31,064 bases of DNA from a virus. The translations under genes were made by a program, and so were the position numbers. The stretch lies in UHGV virus genome UHGV-0851987. One strand, written 5' to 3'. Numbering within the stretch: the stretch's first letter is position 1; each line of letters opens with the position of its first letter. Under the pieces are notes generated by a model. It was not told the DNA's origin. It saw nothing but the letters and a program-made list of their open reading frames with translations, and ran no database searches. Positions 16,623-26,332 of this stretch are shown in pieces.

Positions 16623-17507
16623 ATGGAAAACGAACTGATCATCGACGGTCAGGTTATTGGCCTGTCTGAAACACAGGAAAATGCAGAAGAAACCATCATC
16701 CAAACAGAGTCACAGCCTGAGAATGAAAGCCAGGATGACAACGGTAAAGAGGTGGCAACTGAGCCTGAAAAAACCGAAGAGACACCAGAAGATTACGCCT
16801 TGCGTATTGGTGATGAAGAAATTCAGCTTAACGCTGACGATGATGATCACATTGACGGGAAACCTGCACCGCAATGGGTGAAAGATCTTCGCAAAGGCTT
16901 CAAAGAAACACAGAAAGAAAACCGTGAGTTGCGCCGCCAGCTTGAGGAAGCATTAGCCAAGCCTGCGGAACATCAGCAACCACAACCAGACGCTATTCCA
17001 CCAAAACCGACTCTTGAGTCGTGTGATTATGACGAACAGGCGTTTGAACAGGCATTGACTGATTGGCATGAGAAAAAAGGCCGTGTCGAACAGCAGCAGC
17101 AACAAAAACTACGTCAGCAACAGGAATACCAACAGCGTTTCCAGCAAAGGGTAGAAGCGCATAAACAACGGGCAGCCAAACTTCCTGTGAAAGATTATCA
17201 GGAAATGGAGGCCATTGTTCTTAGTGAGCTACCACCAATTCAGCAGGAAATCATCATTCACTGTGCAGACGAAGGCTCTGAACTACTCGCCTATGGCTTA
17301 GGTAAGAGCCAGCAATTACGCCAGCGTGTAGCCGCTGAGACAGATCCAATTCGCGCAGCATTCCTCTTGGGGCAGATTAGCAAACAGGTAAGCCTTGCTC
17401 CAAAACCAAAGAAAGCCATCAAGCCAGAGCCGGAAGTACGTGGTGGCGGTGCTGATGCGAAACAAGACGAATTCAACAAATTATGCCCCGGCGCAAAAAT
17501 CGAATAA
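16623..17507 (+). CDS. Scaffolding protein
   Basis: Acidic, Gln/Glu-rich protein between portal and coat, as in P22/Sf6. AGGAG RBS. Confidence 0.75.
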   Translation: MENELIIDGQVIGLSETQENAEETIIQTESQPENESQDDNGKEVATEPEKTEETPEDYALRIGDEEIQLNADDDDHIDGKPAPQWVKDLRKGFKETQKENRELRRQLEEALAKPAEHQQPQPDAIPPKPTLESCDYDEQAFEQALTDWHEKKGRVEQQQQQKLRQQQEYQQRFQQRVEAHKQRAAKLPVKDYQEMEAIVLSELPPIQQEIIIHCADEGSELLAYGLGKSQQLRQRVAAETDPIRAAFLLGQISKQVSLAPKPKKAIKPEPEVRGGGADAKQDEFNKLCPGAKIE

Positions 17508-17518
17508 GGAAAAGATAA

Positions 17519-18790
17519 ATGCCTAACAATCTCGACAGTAACGTCAGTCAAATCGTTCTGAAAAAATTCCTTCCGGGTTTTATGTCAGATTTAGTTCTGG
17601 CGAAAACCGTAGACCGTCAGTTGCTGGCAGGTGAAATCAACTCCAGCAATGGCGATAGCGTTAGCTTTAAACGTCCGCATCAATTCTCATCCCTCCGTAC
17701 TCCCACTGGTGATATTTCAGGGCAAAATAAAAACAACCTGATCTCAGGTAAAGCTACGGGGCGTGTAGGTAACTACATCACTGTTGCTGTTGAATATCAG
17801 CAACTGGAGGAAGCGATCAAGCTTAACCAGCTGGAAGAAATTCTCGCGCCGGTTCGCCAGCGAATCGTTACCGACCTTGAAACAGAGCTTGCTCACTTCA
17901 TGATGAATAACGGTGCGTTGTCACTTGGTAGCCCCAATACTCCAATCACCAAATGGTCTGATGTTGCGCAGACGGCATCTTTCCTGAAAGACCTCGGCGT
18001 TAATGAAGGTGAAAACTATGCTGTAATGGATCCATGGTCTGCACAGCGACTTGCTGATGCGCAGACTGGTTTGCATGCTTCAGATCAATTGGTTCGTACT
18101 GCATGGGAGAACGCACAGATCCCAACCAATTTTGGCGGCATTCGCGCACTGATGTCTAATGGGCTTGCCTCTCGTACGCAGGGGGCATTTGGCGGAACAC
18201 TGACAGTCAAAACACAGCCAACTGTTACCTATAACGCAGTTAAAGACTCATACCAGTTCACTGTAACATTGACCGGAGCGACAGCCAGCGTTACAGGTTT
18301 TCTGAAAGCTGGTGATCAGGTCAAATTCACCAATACCTACTGGCTGCAACAGCAGACCAAACAGGCGTTGTATAACGGAGCCACACCAATTAGCTTCACT
18401 GCAACGGTTACTGCTGATGCTAATTCAGACAGCAGTGGCGATGTGACGGTTACGCTTTCTGGTGTTCCGATTTATGACACTACAAACCCGCAGTACAACT
18501 CTGTAAGTCGTCAGGTAGAGGCAGGCGATGCCGTATCTGTAGTAGGCACTGCTAGCCAGACAATGAAGCCAAACCTGTTCTATAACAAGTTCTTCTGTGG
18601 ACTTGGCTCTATCCCACTGCCGAAACTGCACAGTATTGATTCTGCTGTTGCAACATATGAAGGTTTCTCCATCCGCGTACATAAATACGCAGATGGCGAT
18701 GCCAACGTGCAAAAAATGCGCTTCGACTTACTGCCTGCATATGTGTGCTTTAACCCTCACATGGGCGGTCAGTTCTTCGGTAATCCGTAA
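17519..18790 (+). CDS. Major capsid (coat) protein (Sf6 gp5-like)
   Basis: 423-aa protein following the scaffold; the N-terminus MPNNLDSNVSQIVLKKFLPGFMSDLVLAKTVDRQ matches my recollection of Sf6 coat. AAGGA RBS. Confidence 0.9.
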   Translation: MPNNLDSNVSQIVLKKFLPGFMSDLVLAKTVDRQLLAGEINSSNGDSVSFKRPHQFSSLRTPTGDISGQNKNNLISGKATGRVGNYITVAVEYQQLEEAIKLNQLEEILAPVRQRIVTDLETELAHFMMNNGALSLGSPNTPITKWSDVAQTASFLKDLGVNEGENYAVMDPWSAQRLADAQTGLHASDQLVRTAWENAQIPTNFGGIRALMSNGLASRTQGAFGGTLTVKTQPTVTYNAVKDSYQFTVTLTGATASVTGFLKAGDQVKFTNTYWLQQQTKQALYNGATPISFTATVTADANSDSSGDVTVTLSGVPIYDTTNPQYNSVSRQVEAGDAVSVVGTASQTMKPNLFYNKFFCGLGSIPLPKLHSIDSAVATYEGFSIRVHKYADGDANVQKMRFDLLPAYVCFNPHMGGQFFGNP

Positions 18791-18794
18791 TAAC

Positions 18795-18820
18795 AAGGGG
18801 CTTACGCCCCTTTTATGTTT
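18795..18820 (+). terminator. Intrinsic terminator after coat gene
   Basis: AAGGGGC-TTAC-GCCCCTT hairpin followed by TTTTATGTTTT. Confidence 0.6.
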
Positions 18821-18832
18821 TAAGGAAACAAT

Positions 18833-19018
18833 ATGGATCGGATGAGTGTATTCCTTGCCGCAGATAACGAATCCGGGCATGTACAGGCCGTTATCGCAGA
18901 AAAAGACTTCCAGTTTTTCGAAAGGTTGGGCTTTGTTGCCTCAGTTGATGAATTGAAACCGACCAGTAAGCGAGGTCGTAAGGCGGCTGACAATGGCAAC
19001 AGTACTGACAAAGGGTGA
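18833..19018 (+). CDS. Hypothetical small virion-module protein (61 aa)
   Basis: ORF in track. Corresponds positionally to the small gene between coat and head-completion genes in Sf6-like phages. Its 3' end overlaps the next gene by 26 nt. Confidence 0.45.
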   Translation: MDRMSVFLAADNESGHVQAVIAEKDFQFFERLGFVASVDELKPTSKRGRKAADNGNSTDKG

Positions 19019-19475
19019 GATCGTCCTTTTTGCGCTTCGTAAGTTTGCTATTGCTTCTAATGCATCGCTTACTGATGTTGAGCCGCAATCAATTGAAGAT
19101 GGTGTAAATGATCTGGAAGATATGATGTCCGAGTGGATGATTAACCCCGGCGACATTGGTTACGCTTTCGCAACTGGAGATGAGCAGCCATTACCAGATG
19201 ATGAGTCAGGTCTTCCAAGAAAATACAAACACGCAGTAGGCTATCAGTTATTGCTGAGAATGCTATCTGATTACAGCCTTGAACCAACTCCGCAAGTTCT
19301 CAGTAACGCCCAACGCTCATATGATGCCTTGATGACCGACACTCTGGTTGTTCCTTCAATGCGACGACGTGGAGATTTTCCTGTAGGGCAGGGTAATAAA
19401 TATGACGTGTTCACATCTGACCGATATTATCCAGGCGATCTCCATCTGATTGATGGCGATATCCCAAACGCATAG
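18993..19475 (+). CDS. Head completion / tail accessory protein (P22 gp4-like)
   Basis: Motif LTDVEPQS and size (160 aa) resemble P22 gp4. Position after coat. Confidence 0.75.
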   Translation: MATVLTKGEIVLFALRKFAIASNASLTDVEPQSIEDGVNDLEDMMSEWMINPGDIGYAFATGDEQPLPDDESGLPRKYKHAVGYQLLLRMLSDYSLEPTPQVLSNAQRSYDALMTDTLVVPSMRRRGDFPVGQGNKYDVFTSDRYYPGDLHLIDGDIPNA

Positions 19476-19483
19476 GTGAATAA

Positions 19484-20902
19484 ATGCCTATTCAGCAACT
19501 TCCGCTTATGAAAGGTGTCGGAAAAGATTTCCGAAACGCCGACTATATCGACTATCTGCCAGCGAATATGTTGGCTACACCCAAAGAAATCCTGAACAGC
19601 AGCGGATATCTTCGCTCATTCCCGGGCATTGCCAAACGTTCTGATGTGAACGGTGTATCGCGCGGAGTCGAGTACAACATGGCGCAGAATGCTGTTTATC
19701 GTGTGTGTGGTGGCAAGCTGTACAAAGGCGAAAGTGAAGTCGGTGATGTTGCCGGAAGTGGTCGCGTATCAATGGCGCATGGGCGGACATCACAGGCGGT
19801 AGGCGTTAATGGTCAACTGGTAGAATACCGCTATGATGGCACGGTTAAAACCGTCTCAAACTGGCCTGCAGACAGCGGATTCACTCAGTATGAGTTAGGT
19901 TCAGTCCGCGACATTACACGCTTACGTGGGCGTTATGCGTGGTCAAAAGACGGCACGGATTCATGGTTTATCACTGACCTTGAAGACGAATCGCACCCTG
20001 ACCGATACAGCGCACAATATCGTGCAGAGTCTCAGCCTGACGGCATCATCGGCATCGGAACATGGCGAGACTTCATCGTCTGCTTTGGTTCATCGACGAT
20101 TGAATATTTCTCCCTGACGGGCGCAACCACTGTTGGTGCCGCTTTGTATGTCGCACAGCCATCGTTGATGGTGCAAAAAGGAATCGCCGGAACCTACTGC
20201 AAAACGCCGTTTGCTGATTCGTATGCGTTCATCAGCAATCCGGCAACGGGTGCGCCGTCTGTATACATCATCGGCTCCGGTCAGGTGTCACCAATCGCCA
20301 GCGCGAGCATTGAGAAAATCCTCCGCTCCTACACTGCTGATGAACTGGCTGATGGTGTGATGGAATCGCTGCGATTTGATGCTCATGAGTTGCTGATTAT
20401 CCACCTTCCGCGCCATGTTCTCGTGTACGACGCATCTTCAAGCGCCAATGGTCCGCAATGGTGTGTACTGAAAACAGGCCTGTATGACGATGTGTACCGC
20501 GCTATCGACTTCATTTACGAAGGCAATCAGATAACGTGCGGCGATAAGCTGGAGTCCGTGACCGGGAAATTGCAATTCGATATCAGCAGCCAGTACGACA
20601 AGCAACAGGAACATCTGCTGTTTACTCCTCTGTTCAAAGCGGATAACGCCAGAGTTTTCGACCTTGAAGTTGAATCTTCAACTGGCGTTGCTCAGTACGC
20701 CGACCGCCTTTTTCTCTCTGCAACCACTGACGGCATAAATTACGGTCGTGAGCAGATGATTGAGCAGAATGAACCGTTCGTTTACGACAAGCGCGTTTTG
20801 TGGAAGCGAGTTGGGCGCATCAGGAAAAATGTCGGCTTCAAATTGCGTGTTATCACTAAGTCACCTGTCACTCTGTCAGGCTGCCAGATAAGGATCGAGT
20901 AA
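19484..20902 (+). CDS. Tail accessory protein (P22 gp10-like)
   Basis: 472 aa; the sequence [49 protein letters not shown] closely matches my recollection of P22 gp10. Confidence 0.9.
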   Translation: MPIQQLPLMKGVGKDFRNADYIDYLPANMLATPKEILNSSGYLRSFPGIAKRSDVNGVSRGVEYNMAQNAVYRVCGGKLYKGESEVGDVAGSGRVSMAHGRTSQAVGVNGQLVEYRYDGTVKTVSNWPADSGFTQYELGSVRDITRLRGRYAWSKDGTDSWFITDLEDESHPDRYSAQYRAESQPDGIIGIGTWRDFIVCFGSSTIEYFSLTGATTVGAALYVAQPSLMVQKGIAGTYCKTPFADSYAFISNPATGAPSVYIIGSGQVSPIASASIEKILRSYTADELADGVMESLRFDAHELLIIHLPRHVLVYDASSSANGPQWCVLKTGLYDDVYRAIDFIYEGNQITCGDKLESVTGKLQFDISSQYDKQQEHLLFTPLFKADNARVFDLEVESSTGVAQYADRLFLSATTDGINYGREQMIEQNEPFVYDKRVLWKRVGRIRKNVGFKLRVITKSPVTLSGCQIRIE

Positions 20903-21750
20903 TGGCTGATTCGAATCTCAATGTGCCGGTAATCATCCAAGCTACGCGGCTCGACACATCAGTCCTTCCACGCAATATCTTCTCGCAGTCATATCTGCTG
21001 TACGTTATCGCACAGGGTACTGATGTTGGTAACGTGGCGAACAAGGCCAACGAGGCCGGGCAGGGCGCTTATGACGCACAAGCCAGGAACGATGAGCAGG
21101 ATGTGATTCTGGTCGATCACGAAATTCGACTGGCATCGGCTGAAGCGAAGATACAGGACCACGAAACAAGGATCACTAACGCAGAAGCGGCGATAGTCGG
21201 CCTTGATTCGCGATTAACGACAGCAGAAAACGATATTGATTATCTGACTGATGAAGTTGTCGCCATTCAAAACACGCTTTCAGACCATGAAGCGCGCATT
21301 GATGCTCTGGAGTATGCCACTACTCGCAAAAAGTCAGAGGTTGTTTACTCTGGCGTATCAGTAACAATCCCGACAGCGCCGACCAACCTTGTTAGCCTGC
21401 TGAAAACGCTCACGCCGTCATCCGGCACGTTGGCACCATTCTTCGACACTGTTAACAACAAGATGGTTGTGTTCAACGAGAACAAAACCTTGTTCTTCAA
21501 GCTGTCGATCGTCGGGACGTGGCCCAGCGGAACCGCCAACAGGTCAATGCAGCTAACATTCTCCGGCTCTGTTCCTGATACGCTGGTCAGCAGTCGTAAT
21601 GCGGCGACAACAACCGACAACATCCTGTTAGCTACGTTCTTCAGCGTGGATAAAGACGGCTTTCTTGCCACAAATGGCAGCACGTTAACCATTCAGTCTA
21701 ATGGTGCGGCGTTTACTGCCACAACCATCAAAATCATTGCGGAGCAGTGA
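20902..21750 (+). CDS. Tail needle protein (P22 gp26 family) with extended C-terminal knob
   Basis: N-terminal coiled-coil region [43 protein letters not shown] resembles P22 gp26. At 282 aa with an extra C-terminal domain, it looks like the Sf6-type needle. TAATG overlap. Confidence 0.85.
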   Translation: MADSNLNVPVIIQATRLDTSVLPRNIFSQSYLLYVIAQGTDVGNVANKANEAGQGAYDAQARNDEQDVILVDHEIRLASAEAKIQDHETRITNAEAAIVGLDSRLTTAENDIDYLTDEVVAIQNTLSDHEARIDALEYATTRKKSEVVYSGVSVTIPTAPTNLVSLLKTLTPSSGTLAPFFDTVNNKMVVFNENKTLFFKLSIVGTWPSGTANRSMQLTFSGSVPDTLVSSRNAATTTDNILLATFFSVDKDGFLATNGSTLTIQSNGAAFTATTIKIIAEQ

Positions 21751-22229
21751 TGGAAATAAAGCTCATCGATAATCCGGTGAAGCTTGCAGAATTCCTCAAC
21801 AACCCGGCAAACACGGGAAATATCGTAGACAGTGGAGATAAATACTACATCAAGCCTGATGCGGTATACCTCGGCATCTACGAAGGATTAGTGCTGGCTG
21901 GCGTTCATGAAGTGCGTAACTTCTGGCATAGCGTTGTTGAATGCCATGCGGTGTACGACCCCGGATTCCGTGGTGAATATGCACTGCAAGGGCATCGATT
22001 ATTCTGCAAATGGCTTCTCGAAAACTCACCATTCCTTAACAGCATCACTATGGTTCCTGACACCACGAAATACGGACGGGCAATTATCCGTTTGCTTGGC
22101 GCTACCCGTGTTGGTCACCTTGATGATGCTTATACCAGCAATGGAAATCCTGTAGGCATCACGATTTATCAGTTACCGCGCTCAAAATACGAGGAGCTAA
22201 AGAATGTTAATTTTCCAGATTGCCAATAA
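21750..22229 (+). CDS. Virion assembly protein (P22 gp14-like position)
   Basis: ORF in track; ATG 21750 overlaps the needle stop (TGATG) with GGAG upstream. The track ORF begins at the GTG codon 21747. Confidence 0.6.
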   Translation: MEIKLIDNPVKLAEFLNNPANTGNIVDSGDKYYIKPDAVYLGIYEGLVLAGVHEVRNFWHSVVECHAVYDPGFRGEYALQGHRLFCKWLLENSPFLNSITMVPDTTKYGRAIIRLLGATRVGHLDDAYTSNGNPVGITIYQLPRSKYEELKNVNFPDCQ

Positions 22230-22857
22230 GCACCTCAGCAAAGTTGTTTACTGCAAAGGTGGCAGTGATGGCGGTTCAAAAGCCCAGGCACGCGCAACTG
22301 AAAAAGGTATCGAATTGCAGCGTGAAATGTGGCAAACGAACATGCAAAACCTTGCACCGTTTACGCCACTCGCTCAGCAGTATGTATCACAGTTGCAGAA
22401 TCTTTCCTCACTTCAGGGGCAAGGGCAGGCACTTAACCAGTATTACAACTCCCAGCAGTACAAAGACCTTGCAGGGCAGGCTCGTTACCAGAGTCTGGCG
22501 GCAGCAGAGGCAACGGGTGGATTAGGCTCTACAGCAACAGGAAACCAGTTAGCAGCAATCGCACCTACACTCGGTCAAAACTGGCTGTCAGGTCAGATGA
22601 ACAACTACAACAATCTGGCAAATATCGGCCTTGGTGCTCTTACAGGTCAGGCAAACGCCGGACAGAACTACGCTAACAATGTCAGCCAATTGTATCAACA
22701 GCAGGCGGCAGCATCTGCGGCTAATGCGAATAAACCATCAGGATTTCAGAGTGCCTTGGGTGGAGCGGCGGCAGGTGCAGCTGCAGGTACTGCAATCATG
22801 CCTGGTTGGGGTACAGCAATTGGTGCTGGCGTCGGTCTTCTTGGTTCACTTTTTTAA
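22204..22857 (+). CDS. Ejection (internal virion) protein, gp7-like
   Basis: Gly/Ala/Gln-rich protein with a hydrophobic C-terminus. First of three ejection-protein genes before the tailspike. GAGGAG RBS 7 nt before ATG 22204. Confidence 0.7.
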   Translation: MLIFQIANKHLSKVVYCKGGSDGGSKAQARATEKGIELQREMWQTNMQNLAPFTPLAQQYVSQLQNLSSLQGQGQALNQYYNSQQYKDLAGQARYQSLAAAEATGGLGSTATGNQLAAIAPTLGQNWLSGQMNNYNNLANIGLGALTGQANAGQNYANNVSQLYQQQAAASAANANKPSGFQSALGGAAAGAAAGTAIMPGWGTAIGAGVGLLGSLF

Positions 22858-22869
22858 TGGAGGTGTCTC

Positions 22870-24171
22870 TTGGCTACATGGCAACAGGCTGGTAATTCAG
22901 GCGCGCTTCTTGCCGGGTTAGGCGGCATGAACTCCAACGCTCCAAGAGCAAGTGATGCAGACGCCACGCTTGCATACATTCGACAGAATAACGAGATGGA
23001 GCGTTCAGGACGTAATAACGTTGGCTTGCAGGCTTTGCAAGGCATTTCATCTGTCATGGATATGTATAAGCAGATGGATCAGCAGAAGCGACAGCAAGAG
23101 TTTCAGCAGGCTTATGCTGATGCATATACATCTGGTGACCGCGATGCAATGCGAAAACTAGCATCACAGTATCCTGAGCAGTTTGACGCTGTAAGAAACG
23201 GCATGAAATTTGTCGATGAAGACCAGCGTTCCACTGTCGGTACACTGGCAGCAAGTGCCAGACTCGCAGCTTCATCTCCAGAAGCCATGATGTCATGGTT
23301 GCAGAACAACTCATCTGAGCTTACTCGTGCCGGAGTAGACCCTCTGGATGTGGCGAAAATGTATCAGCAAAATCCACAAGGTTTCACAGAGTTTGTTGAT
23401 CACCTTGGAATGGCTGCACTTGGTCCAGAACAATATTTTCAGGCGCAAGACAGAATCGTTGGGCGTGAGATTGATCGCGGAAAACTTGCAGAGACAATCC
23501 GCAGCAATCAGGCAGGAGAAGCACTAACAGCTAGAGGTCAGGACATCCAGATACGTGGACAGAACATCAGCGCACAGAATGCTGCTCTTTCCCGAGAAAT
23601 ACAAAGAGCAGAATTACAAGAAAAGGCTCTGGACAGACAGATAGCCAGAGAAAGCAATCAGTTAAAACTTGAAGAGCTAAAACAGAAACAGGCAGATGTT
23701 CGGCAAAAGGCTGACATAGCACGCGCTGACAGGCAGGCCGCCGCTCAGGGTGCAGTTGATACGTTCAGCACCGCGCTTGATTCTCTCAACGAGATAGAGC
23801 AAAGCCCCGGCCTTTCAAAAGCAGTAGGAATTCGCTCCGCGTTTCCGACAGTTCCTGGTTCTGATGCGGCTAACTTTGAAGCAAGGCTCGACACCTTTAA
23901 AGCTCAAACATTCCTTCCTATGGTGCAGTCCCTGAAGGGTATGGGCGCTCTTTCAGATGCTGAGGGTAAAAAACTATCCGATGCGGTTGGTGCCCTAAGT
24001 CCCAAAATGAGTGAAAAGGCTTTTCGTGACTCTATCGGAAAGATTAGAAATCAGCTTGAAAGCAAGTTGAGCACTGTTAAAAAACAGTTTGATTATCAGG
24101 AGCCGGTGCAGAATATGCCAGGGCAACAATCTACTACTGGCAGTAACTTTTCTTCACTATGGGGTGATTAA
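22870..24171 (+). CDS. Ejection protein, gp20-like (DNA transfer)
   Basis: ORF in track. TTG start codon 6 nt after GGAGG (22859-22863). Coiled-coil-rich. Confidence 0.7.
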   Translation: MATWQQAGNSGALLAGLGGMNSNAPRASDADATLAYIRQNNEMERSGRNNVGLQALQGISSVMDMYKQMDQQKRQQEFQQAYADAYTSGDRDAMRKLASQYPEQFDAVRNGMKFVDEDQRSTVGTLAASARLAASSPEAMMSWLQNNSSELTRAGVDPLDVAKMYQQNPQGFTEFVDHLGMAALGPEQYFQAQDRIVGREIDRGKLAETIRSNQAGEALTARGQDIQIRGQNISAQNAALSREIQRAELQEKALDRQIARESNQLKLEELKQKQADVRQKADIARADRQAAAQGAVDTFSTALDSLNEIEQSPGLSKAVGIRSAFPTVPGSDAANFEARLDTFKAQTFLPMVQSLKGMGALSDAEGKKLSDAVGALSPKMSEKAFRDSIGKIRNQLESKLSTVKKQFDYQEPVQNMPGQQSTTGSNFSSLWGD

Positions 24172-26168
24172 TGGCTAAAGCATGGAAAGATGTTATCGCC
24201 TCTCCACAGTATCAGGCGTTAGCACCAGAACAAAAAGCGCAGGCTCAGGAGCAATACTTCAATGAAGTCGTGGCCCCGCAAGCCGGAGAAAATGCAGAGC
24301 AGGCTAAGCAAGCTTTCTATGCTGCCTATCCATTGCCATCTGTGCAGCAAGTGGAGACACAGCAACCAGTAGCACAGCAACAACCACAGCAAAGTGGATT
24401 TATGTCTGATCTTGGCGAAGCAGTAAAAGAGACTGGTCGCGGACTGGTGCAGGCTGGCGTGAACGTGGCAAACATACCTGCATCAGTTGCAGATGCTGTA
24501 ACAAGCGCGGCGGCTTGGGCTGGCGGTAAACTCGGAATTGGCGATGGGACATATCACCCTGCGCCACGAGTAACAACGCAGGGATTAGAGCAGGACTTTG
24601 GCCTTCAGCAAGGCGCGCTGACTCCACAAACTACAGAGGGAAGGGTATTTGCTGAGGCATTGCCTTACCTCACTCCTGCTGGCATTGAGAGAGCGGCAAC
24701 ACAGGCACCAACACTCGCTGGTAGAATCGCTCAGGGTGCAACTCGCCTTCTCGCTGAAAACGCAGTTGGATCACTTGCTGCAAATAGTGCGAAAGATGAT
24801 GCGGAAGCACTCGCCACCGATTTAGGCGTTGGTGTGCTGGCTGGCGGCGCTATTAACGCTGCCGGACGTGGATTAGGCGCTGCTTATCGTGGCGTTCGTG
24901 GTGCTATTGCACCAGAAGCGCAGCAAGCTATCAGATTTGCAGAGCGTGAAGGAGTACCTCTGCACACCACAGACCTGTTACAGCCTACTTCCCGCGTCGG
25001 AAAAATGGCGCAAACGACAGCAGAAAATATCCCCCTGGCTGGCACAAGCGGAATGAGAGCAACGCAACAGGAAGCGAGAAGCCAGTTGGTTCAGAGATTT
25101 GCTGATAAATTCGGTGAGTATGATCCAGCGGTTGTTATTGACAGCCTTAAAGCGAAAACATCAGGAATTCGTCGCGCTGCAGGAAATCGACTGGAGCAGG
25201 TTCAGAATGCTATGGCGGGAATAAACATTCAGCCTGCAAGAGCAATTCAGCAGATTGATACAGAAATATCTAATCTGCAGAAGCTTGGTAAGGTCGCCGA
25301 TAACGAGACTATTTCAAAACTTCAGTCCTATCGTGATGAGCTTGTTCGCAATGCTGGTCCTGATGGTCCGGTAAATCTGGATTTGAAGCAATTAAGCGAT
25401 CTGCGCAGCCAGTTCAGAATGGACGTGAAGGGGGAACGACCAGTGTTACCAAACCGTTCCGATGCTGCCATTCAGCGCGTTTACAAGGCGATGACAGACG
25501 ATATCAATGGTGCCATTGATCAGAATCTTGGCAACGATACTCTCCGTAAATATCAGCAGGCCAATGCCGTCTACGCTGACGAAGCGGCGAAACTAAAGAA
25601 TACCAGGCTGAAGAATGTTCTCATGAAAGGCGACCTGACGCCGGAAGTTGTCAACAACATGCTATTCAGCAAGAACAAATCGGAAATTAAGACGCTGTAT
25701 AACTCAGTTGGTCGTGTTGGCAGGGCGCAAATGCGCAATGGCATCATTGGAAAGGCGATGGAGAAATCTGGCGGATCCCCTGACCAGTTCCTTCGGCAGC
25801 TTAACATCCTGCAAAACCAGACTGGCATCACATTTAAGGGGCAGGACGCTGCTTATCTGAAAGGATTAAAAAACTATCTGCAATCCACGCAGCAGGCTGC
25901 AAAAGCGGCAGTAACAACACCCACAGGGCAGCAAACCATCCCGTTCATTATCGGGTATGGGACGGCAATGAACCCGGCGACAACTGGCGCAGCAGTAAGC
26001 TACGGACTTCTTACTCGCGCCTATGAGAGCGAACCATTCAGAAATGCAATGCTCCGAATGGCAAACACCCCACGCGGATCAACAGCCTTTGAGAAAGCAA
26101 TGCAGCAGGCACAAAAGGCAATTAACGCTCTGACGCAGGGGGCTAAGTCTGATGCGTTGTCAGAATAG
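24171..26168 (+). CDS. Ejection protein, gp16-like (DNA transfer)
   Basis: ORF in track. TAATG overlap with the preceding gene; Ala/Gly-rich. Last gene before the tailspike. Confidence 0.7.
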   Translation: MAKAWKDVIASPQYQALAPEQKAQAQEQYFNEVVAPQAGENAEQAKQAFYAAYPLPSVQQVETQQPVAQQQPQQSGFMSDLGEAVKETGRGLVQAGVNVANIPASVADAVTSAAAWAGGKLGIGDGTYHPAPRVTTQGLEQDFGLQQGALTPQTTEGRVFAEALPYLTPAGIERAATQAPTLAGRIAQGATRLLAENAVGSLAANSAKDDAEALATDLGVGVLAGGAINAAGRGLGAAYRGVRGAIAPEAQQAIRFAEREGVPLHTTDLLQPTSRVGKMAQTTAENIPLAGTSGMRATQQEARSQLVQRFADKFGEYDPAVVIDSLKAKTSGIRRAAGNRLEQVQNAMAGINIQPARAIQQIDTEISNLQKLGKVADNETISKLQSYRDELVRNAGPDGPVNLDLKQLSDLRSQFRMDVKGERPVLPNRSDAAIQRVYKAMTDDINGAIDQNLGNDTLRKYQQANAVYADEAAKLKNTRLKNVLMKGDLTPEVVNNMLFSKNKSEIKTLYNSVGRVGRAQMRNGIIGKAMEKSGGSPDQFLRQLNILQNQTGITFKGQDAAYLKGLKNYLQSTQQAAKAAVTTPTGQQTIPFIIGYGTAMNPATTGAAVSYGLLTRAYESEPFRNAMLRMANTPRGSTAFEKAMQQAQKAINALTQGAKSDALSE

Positions 26169-26332
26169 CTTTTCAAACACCAGGAACGTGCAAAAACCAA
26201 ATATGTAGAACGCAATATTCAACAGATCTCTTTGCATAGACTCATCTCATAATTAACAAATCATAACTGACATTAGTGCAATGCTGGGCAAGTTGCATCT
26301 TGTCAGGCATTGCTACGTCCGGAGCAAATTAA

